This document shows positions 55,818 to 64,000 of a stretch of DNA of 64,000 bases, piece by piece. Each line of letters begins with the position of its first letter. The first letter of the stretch is position 1. The DNA is from Bdellovibrionales bacterium (GTDB lineage Bacteria; Bdellovibrionota; Bdellovibrionia; Bdellovibrionales; UBA1609): NCBI GenBank assembly GCA_027317865.1, contig DAHVQG010000002.1:32001-96000 (forward strand), written 5' to 3'. Position numbers and translations under genes: made by a program. The notes beneath the pieces are model-generated. The model was not told the DNA's origin, did not search any database, and saw only the letters and a list, made by a program, of their open reading frames with translations.

Positions 55818-57509
55818 TCACTTTTTAAAGTAGTTGATAAATGCAAGAACAGACAAAACAAGCGCAACTCCGTATTCGGTTGCGCTGAATGCCGGAATGC
55901 CAAGCCACTTCGGGCCGCTCGCACTCACGTTCTGCAGAACTGCAGCGCTCAATAATAAGCTCGCGATGACAAGCCCTAAAAACACGGCATTTGCGGCGTT
56001 GCGCACCGTAAGACGAAACCGCTCAAGTTCGCGAAATTGTATGGGCACCACAAATTCCGGGCTCGAAAACCGGCGGATAAGCTGCTTCATCTGCCTCGGG
56101 AGCACGGCGAGTAGCGACTGCACGTCGCGCCCCAACGTCGAAACGTCACGGATAATTTTGCGCGGCTCACTGCGCGATTGGACTAACTCCGAAGCAAATT
56201 CAAGAGAATAGGCTAGAAAATTAAAATCACCAACCACCATTCGACCCATTCCTTCAATGGCCACAATGGATTTGAAAAACATGATCAATTCGGCCGGCAT
56301 CAGCAGATCGTATTGAGCGGCGATTTCGGTCGATTCTAAAAGGAGTTTACCCACGTTGACGTGCTTCATTGTCAGCCCATAGTACGGCGCTATCAAATCG
56401 CGCAAATCCCGGGCGAACAAATCAACGTCTATGTTTTCCGTGTACGGCGCAAGATCGACGTACTCGTACGCAAGCCGGTCATAATCTTCGCCTGCCAGCG
56501 CGACAAGCATGTTGGCAATTGCCGCCTGAGTTGTCCGGTTCAACCGGCCGACAATTCCAAAATCAATAAGGCCAATGCGGTTATTCGGAAGCACAAACAT
56601 ATTGCCCGCGTGCAAATCCCCATGAAATAGCCCGTCGGTAAAAACCATTTTCAAATAGCATCGAAGCCCCGTTTTAAGAACAGACTCGGGATCAATTCCC
56701 TCTTGTTCAAGCGCATTTTTTTGGCTTAGCGGTTTGCCGTCGAGGGCCTCCATTACCAAAACGCGACGACCCGAATATTCGTTAAAAACATTTGGTATTT
56801 TAATATTCGGTTCACTCGCGAAGTTTTCTTGAAAACGTCGGATGTTATTGGCCTCGATTACAAAATTCGTCTCGAGATCAACCGTGCGGGCGAATTCGTC
56901 GACAACCAAAACCGGGCGAAATACTTTGGCTTCGGGAACATAACGCTCAAGCAGATCGGCCAGCAAATACAACACTCCCAAATCTTCTAACAAAGTTTTT
57001 TCGATGCCTGGCCGCTGGACTTTGACCACAACTCGGCCACCGTGGCGAAGCTCGGCCATGTGAACTTGCGCAATACTACCTGCCGCCCTCGCGTCCAAAT
57101 CGAATTGTGAAAAAATTTTGTCTACAGGAGCGCCGAAGTGACTCACCAAAACAGGTTTAATATCATCAAATGCAAGCGGCTGCACCTGGCTGTGTAGCAC
57201 CTTAAATTCATCAGCATATTCGGTGGGGATCAAATCCGGACGCGTAGCCAAAAGCTGGCCAAGCTTTACAAAAGTCGGCCCTAATTCTTCAAAAGCCAGA
57301 CGCAAACGCCGCGCTGAAGAAAGCGGTTCAATCGTATCGGGATCACGATCCAAAATCTTTTGCTCAGGTAATATCGATTCAAGAAAAGCGAGCTTTCTTA
57401 AACCGACTCGATCGAGAACGTCGCGAAACCCGTACTTTGCCAGTACGGTTACGATGTTTTTCAAACGGACGGCGTTTTGAATCGGACTTCGCTTTATTTT
57501 TCTTCGCAT
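55818..57509 (-). CDS. ubiB: UbiB/AarF (ABC1) atypical kinase
   Basis: ELGPTFVKLGQ, AAGSIAQVH, VVKVQRP, FHGDLHAGN, IDFG, C-terminal TMs. Confidence 0.9.
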   Translation of the reverse strand: MRRKIKRSPIQNAVRLKNIVTVLAKYGFRDVLDRVGLRKLAFLESILPEQKILDRDPDTIEPLSSARRLRLAFEELGPTFVKLGQLLATRPDLIPTEYADEFKVLHSQVQPLAFDDIKPVLVSHFGAPVDKIFSQFDLDARAAGSIAQVHMAELRHGGRVVVKVQRPGIEKTLLEDLGVLYLLADLLERYVPEAKVFRPVLVVDEFARTVDLETNFVIEANNIRRFQENFASEPNIKIPNVFNEYSGRRVLVMEALDGKPLSQKNALEQEGIDPESVLKTGLRCYLKMVFTDGLFHGDLHAGNMFVLPNNRIGLIDFGIVGRLNRTTQAAIANMLVALAGEDYDRLAYEYVDLAPYTENIDVDLFARDLRDLIAPYYGLTMKHVNVGKLLLESTEIAAQYDLLMPAELIMFFKSIVAIEGMGRMVVGDFNFLAYSLEFASELVQSRSEPRKIIRDVSTLGRDVQSLLAVLPRQMKQLIRRFSSPEFVVPIQFRELERFRLTVRNAANAVFLGLVIASLLLSAAVLQNVSASGPKWLGIPAFSATEYGVALVLSVLAFINYFKK

Positions 57510-59469
57510 TCGTTACTTTTACCCCGCCAGCACGACCAGAGTCGCCTTCAGCCAGCACAAAGTCAACTCGGCCGGTTTCATGGTCAGCGGCGGCGACTTG
57601 AATCCGAACGGAATCACCGATTGCGTAGGTCAGTTTCGATCGTCGACCAACTAGCCGCAAATTATTTTCATCAAATTCAAAATGATCGTGACCCAATTCT
57701 TCAACTCGTATCAAACCATCGACGTCGAACTGTCGCAGGGTCACGAACACCCCAAATTTCGCAACTGAACTGATCAGTCCGTCAAATTCTTGACCGAGGT
57801 GTTTCTGTAAAAAACGTGCCTTTTTTATGGAGTGGATCTGACGCTCGGCTTTAACTGCGCGCTGTTCACAGGCGCTAAGAAATGCTCCGGCATCGTCTAA
57901 ATCTGATGCCGAGATTTTACTGTAACCGCGAATTCCAAGCATCGATTTCACGAGGCGATGCACAATAAGATCGGGATACCGCCGTATGGGCGAAGTGAAA
58001 TGCGTGTAATTCTTAAAACCCAACCCGAAATGACCGACATTTTCGCGGCTATAGCGGGCCTGATTCATCGACCGTAAAGTGAGTATGTTAATTACCGTTT
58101 CTTCAGGACGATCTTCAAATTCCTCTAACGCTTGTGTTATACGCTGAAGAACTCGGGACTTCCCCAGTCGGTTTTTGTAACCGAATGCATCCAAAAAGTG
58201 CTCAAGCATTTCAATCGCCTCGGGTCGCGGTGGCTCGTGAATACGAAACAACGCCGGAATGTTTTTCTCAACCAAAAAATCGGCAACAGCGACATTTGCC
58301 GCAAGCATGAGTTCTTCAATCAGACGATGTGAAAAAATCCGCTCCGCCCGAATGATGTCAACCGGCACGCCCGCATCGTCGAGCTCAATGGTAGATTCGG
58401 GAATTTCAAGATTGAGCGAACCTTCGCGAAAGCGCCTTTCCATCAAAACTCGGGCCAACTCCGCACACGTTTTGATGTTCTGTTGAACCGCATCGAGATG
58501 CGGCGGACACGAACCTTCAATAACCTCCTGCGCTTCACCATAGGTAACACGCGCATGGCTTTGAATCACAGCCTCGTAGAGGCGACAGCCCCCTTTGCGC
58601 TCGCCATGAAATGTAAAATCCATTTCGGCAACCAACGCGAGTCTCGGAACATTCGGCTTGAGCGAGCAAAGTTCGTTGCTCAATTCTTCGGGGAGCATCG
58701 GTTCAACAAAATTAGGAAAATATACGCTTGTGCCGCGATCATAGGCGTCTCTGTCAATTGCGGAGGTCGGTTTGACATATTGACTGACATCCGCGATGGC
58801 AACCCAAAGTCGAAATCCGCCCCCTATTTTTTCAGTGTAAACGGCATCGTCAAAATCTTTTGCCGTTTGCCCGTCGATCGTGACCAATTTTTTGCTTCTT
58901 AAATCTCGTCGGGAGCCAAACTCTTTTTCGTTTACCTCGCGCGGCAGGGTTTTTCGCTCAGCTTGCGCTTCACGCGAAAAATTCATGGGAATATGATGGC
59001 TCGCTAAGACACGCAAATTGTCATTAAGTGGATCTGATACGTCGCCGATCACCCGTTCAACTTCACCGTGAAATCCGCGAACAGAATCCGGATAACTCGT
59101 AATTTTTACGATCACCCATTCTTTATCGAGGACTTTGATTTCTGGCGACCATGTGACATTTAGAGTTTCGCCCCAGCCATGGCTCTCGTCTTGAATAAAT
59201 CCCCGTGACACATTGACGATCTTAAGCTGACCCGTAACAATTTTTGTTTTTCGCTCAATTACATTAATGCGATTCGCTCGCAACCGGTGGTTATCTCGCT
59301 CAATTGAGATTTCGACACGGTCGCTCGTCATCACCCCATTCATCAAATGCTTGGGGACGTAGACGTCGGCCATATCCGCATCGTCCGGTATAAAAAATCC
59401 GTATCCGTCGGGATGCCTTTTGATGATACCTGAGAAATGGCGTGGTGATGTTATCTTGCGGTTTTTCAA
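57379..59469 (-). CDS. rnr: Ribonuclease R
   Basis: HPDGYGF CSD, TIDGQTAKDFDDAV, HFTSPIRRYPDLIVHR, S1 domain, basic tail. Confidence 0.95.
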   Translation of the reverse strand: MKNRKITSPRHFSGIIKRHPDGYGFFIPDDADMADVYVPKHLMNGVMTSDRVEISIERDNHRLRANRINVIERKTKIVTGQLKIVNVSRGFIQDESHGWGETLNVTWSPEIKVLDKEWVIVKITSYPDSVRGFHGEVERVIGDVSDPLNDNLRVLASHHIPMNFSREAQAERKTLPREVNEKEFGSRRDLRSKKLVTIDGQTAKDFDDAVYTEKIGGGFRLWVAIADVSQYVKPTSAIDRDAYDRGTSVYFPNFVEPMLPEELSNELCSLKPNVPRLALVAEMDFTFHGERKGGCRLYEAVIQSHARVTYGEAQEVIEGSCPPHLDAVQQNIKTCAELARVLMERRFREGSLNLEIPESTIELDDAGVPVDIIRAERIFSHRLIEELMLAANVAVADFLVEKNIPALFRIHEPPRPEAIEMLEHFLDAFGYKNRLGKSRVLQRITQALEEFEDRPEETVINILTLRSMNQARYSRENVGHFGLGFKNYTHFTSPIRRYPDLIVHRLVKSMLGIRGYSKISASDLDDAGAFLSACEQRAVKAERQIHSIKKARFLQKHLGQEFDGLISSVAKFGVFVTLRQFDVDGLIRVEELGHDHFEFDENNLRLVGRRSKLTYAIGDSVRIQVAAADHETGRVDFVLAEGDSGRAGGVKVTNAKKNKAKSDSKRRPFEKHRNRTGKVRVSRRSRSSRFKKARFS

Positions 59470-59596
59470 GCCGTTTTAAACAATACGTTTAAAGACGCAG
59501 TTCGTCTATCAGGTAAATTCTTCAACGTGGTGCGCATTTTTTGCAATATCACCTTTCTATCCGCTATGGTCGACGAAAATCAAAAAAGGGGGGGAT

Positions 59597-60364
59597 ATGT
59601 TTGGGAAACGAAAGCTTTCAATAACAGTAAGTGCATCCGTTTTCATTTTGGCAGGGGCAGTTGCGACGGCAGTTGGCTGCAAAGCGAGCGCCACGCCGAT
59701 TAAGAATGAACTGCAATCCGACTGGAGATACATCCAATCCGTTCAAATTAAAAAAATAAGCGAAACGCAGTTACCTTACCAAACGACTTCAATGGGGTAC
59801 AATTACAGTTGTACAACTAGCCCTAACGGAATGTCGCCGGATGAAAATGCACAAGCGGCAAATCCTTTTAGTCTAGTAAACATTTCGCAAATCATAAATT
59901 TTGGCGCCAAGGTTTGGCAGTTTATTAATGACAACACACCCGTGGTATCGGCGCAGACTATGTCAGCTAATGCTCTGCCGAAGGGCACCGTTTGTTGGTA
60001 CGATCTTGAAAATTGGCAACCGCCACGCAGTGACACTTACGAAATCGATTATAAAAACCTATTTGGCATAAATGTCGTACGCCTCGCGTTTAGCCTCATT
60101 TACAGTTACGGGGGCCAATACAACGGGCGCGGCCGTTATCTAATGAATGCGACGGTTCAATATCGCGATTTGCAAGTGGCTTGGGGCGGATTTCATGTTA
60201 ACGCCAACGTTGATGTCCCAACCGTGACAAACATTGGTACCAAACAAAATCCAGTTGCCGGGCTTCAGCTTAATATTCACTGGGTCGTCAAAGGGCTTAA
60301 TCGCATCGAGCGCACCGCGAGCTTTTTCATTGCTGGTGACGGACGCCCGACCAAAGAACTATGA
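59597..60364 (+). CDS. Hypothetical lipoprotein
   Basis: SD GGGGGG, lipobox AVGC, amphipathic IINFGAKVWQFI, then a beta-rich domain. Confidence 0.75.
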   Translation: MFGKRKLSITVSASVFILAGAVATAVGCKASATPIKNELQSDWRYIQSVQIKKISETQLPYQTTSMGYNYSCTTSPNGMSPDENAQAANPFSLVNISQIINFGAKVWQFINDNTPVVSAQTMSANALPKGTVCWYDLENWQPPRSDTYEIDYKNLFGINVVRLAFSLIYSYGGQYNGRGRYLMNATVQYRDLQVAWGGFHVNANVDVPTVTNIGTKQNPVAGLQLNIHWVVKGLNRIERTASFFIAGDGRPTKEL

Positions 60365-63300
60365 CGCTTTCTCAGTCAAAATTTTACTACAAGGTATATT
60401 CGGGCGAAGTCGAGAACTTCGCTCGCGCAATTGTCGGCGCCGATTGATGGCGTCGACGTAGTCGCTGAACGGTTTGCGATTTTCTCGAGCTAAAACCGAA
60501 TTTTGAATCGATTCAAATTGCTGCCCATCTAAGCTGCCATTGTTGCGAATAATAGCGGCAGCAGCGGCGCGAACCAAATCCCAATTCTGTTCGAGATATT
60601 GTCGCGCGAGATTTTCCCCTTCATCTATAAGCTCATTCATTTTTTGCTCGAGCAGTTTTGACTGCTCTGGTGTTAAAACAGGCTCACCGTTATCATTTAA
60701 GCGAATACCCCGCAGCCGCTTATCTAATCCCCACTTAATAAAATAATTCGTGGCGATATTTCGTGCTTGTTCCAAGTCGTTTGAAGCACCGCTGTCTTCC
60801 GCGTAACCCGCCAACGACTGTGCGACTCGACCAGCCATAAGCTGCGCGATCGTCGCTAATGCTCCTTCTCGAGTCATATTTCCCGAGCGTCCGGGCAGCA
60901 AATCGTACCTCGCGTATCCTAAATACATTAAGTCTTTGGCGCGACCACCGCGAATTGTGACGTATTCAAGAACCTTACCGGTGAGCTTGGGGTCATTGAC
61001 GACGGCGTGTCCTGCTTCATGGTAAACAACGGCCATTGCTTCGCGCGCATCCATCAGCATTCGAGTGGAGGCGTGCTCGGTTAGATCAATACGATGCGTA
61101 CTTGTATTTCCGTTTGAGTCGGCGACTTGGGCCACAATTTCAGTTTTTCGTTTTGGCGAGTTTGAAAAACGGTAGGGCTTGAGTCGTCCGTTATCTTTAA
61201 GTTCAAGTCGAACTTTTACGGAGTCAAATCCTTGCTCAGGTATTCCGTGGTCGATCAAGGCGCTGGTTAACAACGAATTTAAACGATGATCCGTTAGATC
61301 GCGAATGCTTCGCCCGCCTTTGTCTTTGCTAAAGAAACTTTCAGCCAACTGTCTGATAAACTGCTCATCGTATTCAACTTTTACCCCTGAATTGTTGGCT
61401 TCATAATGTGAGATCTGTTGGGCGAAAAGTTTTCGCGTTATCGCCTCGGCTTCAGGGCTCAATATCGGCTTCATCAAAACCGAATCAGCCATTCTATTAA
61501 TAAATGCTTGCGGCACACCCGCGCGAAGCAACAATTCTCGTACTCGTTCGCGCGCCTTGTAAGTCTCCCAAACTTTCATGAGCATATCATCAGAGGTAAT
61601 CCCCTGAAACAACTCCTCACCGTCGTTACCCGTGAAGACAAATACATATTTGCTGAGGTCGTACACTTTTCCGTTAACCGGAGACACCCACGTTTTTTCA
61701 TCAACAATGTTATAGAGCTTTTTAAATAACTCGGCTTTGCGAGCCCGGTCTCCGCCACCCATGTTTGATGCTTCGTCAAAAATAATTACGCCGCCATTTG
61801 GATGAGCGATTAGCGCCTCTTCAAATAAGCGCGGCTGATCCGAGCCAATATAACCCGGCTGAACGCCGAGCACTTTGTTGAAATCGGCCTCGTTCTGAAC
61901 CTCACCGAGAGGAATGATAGTGGCTTGATCAATGGAACCGAAACCAGCCTCCGCAATCGCCCTGCCCATTTCAGTTTTGCCGTTGCCCGAAGTTCCAATA
62001 AAAAAGAACGAGGTCGCCCGATCGTTTTCATTTTGCCCGAGTTTTGCAATCAGTGCTTCAGATGCGCTTTTGCCGGCTTCAGTTTGCCCGATCACGCGTC
62101 TGCCAATTACTTCTGGAATGCTTTTTAACTTCGCGACGACTTGCGGGTCATATAGAGGATTTTGGCTCGAGTTTTGCGGACCCAAAAGTTTCACGTCTAC
62201 GTCATGACCTTTAGCGCGTAAATATGTTTTATTCTTATCGCCCTTAAATATTGAAACGACGATTTCTTCGGATTTCTGAGGCTCTTCACCACCGACTTTG
62301 GTGAACAAATTCGTCAAGTGCGTTTTAACTGCGCGTCGTATCTGACGGCCATCATCGTTGGCGGTAAAGTTGGTCAACGCGAGATATTTAACTACTTGAG
62401 GTTCAATTTCAACTTGCAGACCGATTTCTCTCATTTGCCCGACAAAAACATCGGCCTCGTCTTGCGCAATTTTCACCGCAGCTTCGTCTGATAGGGGTTG
62501 CGACAGTAGCCATCCGTCGATTCTGTTTATCACTTCGCGCGGCAACATTTTTCTATCACTTGCTCCTTGCGAAGTTTCATACAGTTCTCGAAGTTCGGCC
62601 GTCGTAACGGTTTCAACTCGTTTTTTAAGCTGCTCGTTCGTCCAATTCTTTATCTCCCGCGGGAATATCTTTTTCGTTCCACGGTTGGAGGTGAGAATAA
62701 TATATAGAAAATTTGCCTTATACTTTGTGCCATCGCCCGCCGTGATTTCGCCACGATCAAGAAGTTCCATGAGGCGCATCCAAATTTCCGGATGCATTTT
62801 GTCCGCCTCATTGATCACAAGTACGCCGTTACCGCCGGTGGCTTTCAGCCATTCGGTTATGGCACCTTTTTGCTGGCCAGCTTGACCCGGCGGCGCACCG
62901 ACAAGTTTATGAAACTCAAAGGAATTCGACATCTGTTGTTGATATTCGGTTCCATCAATCTTGAGCACGTACTTATCAGATCCAAAAATGTCTTTAGCGA
63001 ATTCTTCAGCCGCGTAGGACTTGCCGGTTCCTGACGGGCCCATCATTAGCGCAGTAAAAACTCGCTTAGAAGGGTTCATAAGCGACATTTTGTAAAGATC
63101 CGTGAGCCCATCAATCAGCCGATCTTGTCCGTATATCCTATCGTGAAGTTCGGTTGACAGATTTTTGGCTCGATCTTCGACTTCAGTTAGCCGACCCATA
63201 CCCAAGTTTTTGGGGAGCCATTTAAAATCCGACTGTTGAGGAGCCAGCCAGAATCTTGGAATATCATCGATCGATCGCGCTTTCGAGACAAAAGGCCGAA

Positions 63301-63814
63301 ACCGTTCGTCGATTTGTGTCGCTTCTCCGTTATCATTTAAAAGTTGCTCATAGGTGGCGGTTTGGCCGTCTTCTTTCAAGACCGAAAACAGAAAATATTC
63401 TTTGCTATTAGAAAGCGTCACCCAGCGGCCCGACCATTCCTTAATTTGCGTACCGTCTATACCCAGTTTTTGTAAAATCCCCGCCGAATTGTAGACCCAT
63501 ACCGATTTGCCGCGAATGATGAGGACGTCATTAGGGTTTAATTGCGGCGCCACCTGATCGCGAGCCGCATAGTACGCGCTTTCATTTACCGCCAAAAGCT
63601 TCGGGCGAGCTTTCCACGGAGCGAATTGCTTTACCATTTTCGGATTCTGTCCGTTGCTTTTAACGTAAAGCGCGGAATTTAAATACAAGCGGCCGTGGCC
63701 CAGAAAAACCTGTTTTGTACCATAGTCGATGTAAACTTTTTCTGTTTCAGCCCGCACCTGGTTGCAGCACATGATCGTTACCACAGCTAAGAGTACGGCC
63801 TTCCCCCACTTCAT
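60359..63814 (-). CDS. Signal-peptide-bearing protein with two ClpB-NBD2-like AAA+ domains and an FtsH/M41 zinc-protease domain
   Basis: ATG 63814 after GGGGGG. MKWGKAVLLAVVTIMCCNQVRA; Walker A GPSGTGKS and GTSGNGKT; HEAGH...AGRVA...GASNDLEQA. Confidence 0.88.
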   Translation of the reverse strand: MKWGKAVLLAVVTIMCCNQVRAETEKVYIDYGTKQVFLGHGRLYLNSALYVKSNGQNPKMVKQFAPWKARPKLLAVNESAYYAARDQVAPQLNPNDVLIIRGKSVWVYNSAGILQKLGIDGTQIKEWSGRWVTLSNSKEYFLFSVLKEDGQTATYEQLLNDNGEATQIDERFRPFVSKARSIDDIPRFWLAPQQSDFKWLPKNLGMGRLTEVEDRAKNLSTELHDRIYGQDRLIDGLTDLYKMSLMNPSKRVFTALMMGPSGTGKSYAAEEFAKDIFGSDKYVLKIDGTEYQQQMSNSFEFHKLVGAPPGQAGQQKGAITEWLKATGGNGVLVINEADKMHPEIWMRLMELLDRGEITAGDGTKYKANFLYIILTSNRGTKKIFPREIKNWTNEQLKKRVETVTTAELRELYETSQGASDRKMLPREVINRIDGWLLSQPLSDEAAVKIAQDEADVFVGQMREIGLQVEIEPQVVKYLALTNFTANDDGRQIRRAVKTHLTNLFTKVGGEEPQKSEEIVVSIFKGDKNKTYLRAKGHDVDVKLLGPQNSSQNPLYDPQVVAKLKSIPEVIGRRVIGQTEAGKSASEALIAKLGQNENDRATSFFFIGTSGNGKTEMGRAIAEAGFGSIDQATIIPLGEVQNEADFNKVLGVQPGYIGSDQPRLFEEALIAHPNGGVIIFDEASNMGGGDRARKAELFKKLYNIVDEKTWVSPVNGKVYDLSKYVFVFTGNDGEELFQGITSDDMLMKVWETYKARERVRELLLRAGVPQAFINRMADSVLMKPILSPEAEAITRKLFAQQISHYEANNSGVKVEYDEQFIRQLAESFFSKDKGGRSIRDLTDHRLNSLLTSALIDHGIPEQGFDSVKVRLELKDNGRLKPYRFSNSPKRKTEIVAQVADSNGNTSTHRIDLTEHASTRMLMDAREAMAVVYHEAGHAVVNDPKLTGKVLEYVTIRGGRAKDLMYLGYARYDLLPGRSGNMTREGALATIAQLMAGRVAQSLAGYAEDSGASNDLEQARNIATNYFIKWGLDKRLRGIRLNDNGEPVLTPEQSKLLEQKMNELIDEGENLARQYLEQNWDLVRAAAAAIIRNNGSLDGQQFESIQNSVLARENRKPFSDYVDAINRRRQLRERSSRLRPNIPCSKILTEKAS

Positions 63815-64000
63815 GAAATCCCCCCGGATTAGTCTTTCGCGCCTGAACACGATCCCAAAAATGCTTTATGGCTCTACCACAGCTTTTTCATAAAGTGATT
63901 TGCAACAGTAGAAAATGAAACCTTTACACAATTGCGCTTTTAAATCTGCTTGAGTGAATGGCGCATGTGCGTTAACAAATCAGAATGATTCTCGACGGAA

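Noticed and set aside
1-64000. CRISPR arrays, tRNA/rRNA genes, prophage or defence islands
   Set aside because: No regularly spaced repeats, cloverleaf or rRNA signatures, or phage/defence genes were recognised by eye. A tRNAscan/Infernal run would be needed to exclude small RNAs formally.

Overview
This 64 kb window is gene-dense bacterial chromosome that looks like Bdellovibrionota, a predatory lineage. The taxonomic call is inferred from short flagellins, a 'FQNC' lipoprotein, a split nuo operon, an Agl/Glt-type cluster and many secreted ORFans. Contents in order: the 5' part of clpB; a flagellin with a long GGA-rich leader; a FecR/beta-barrel pair; a CxxCH lipoprotein; an operon nuoB-CD-E-F-G-I-(degenerate IscS-like)-recO; a subtilase; a complete Agl/Glt gliding/Tol-like envelope machine with a GYF_2-PilZ gene inserted; a ~12.5 kb operon (pseudo-histidine kinase, degenerate GGDEF, alr, mlaEFD, purH, TPR, lipoprotein, NUDIX, HAD); nadB; two more flagellins; sodB-dps; ubiB; rnr. 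The last gene is the most unusual: a 1151-aa protein with a signal peptide, two ClpB-NBD2-type AAA+ modules and an FtsH-type M41 protease domain. Other leads are a Cys-less IscS-fold protein in the complex I operon, a pair of catalytically dead signalling proteins, a set of sigma-28/sigma-54 promoters, CsrA-type GGA hairpins in all three flagellin leaders and the protease leader, and unannotated small ORFs. I saw no tRNA, rRNA, CRISPR array or mobile element. All family assignments come from motif recognition by eye, not database searches.
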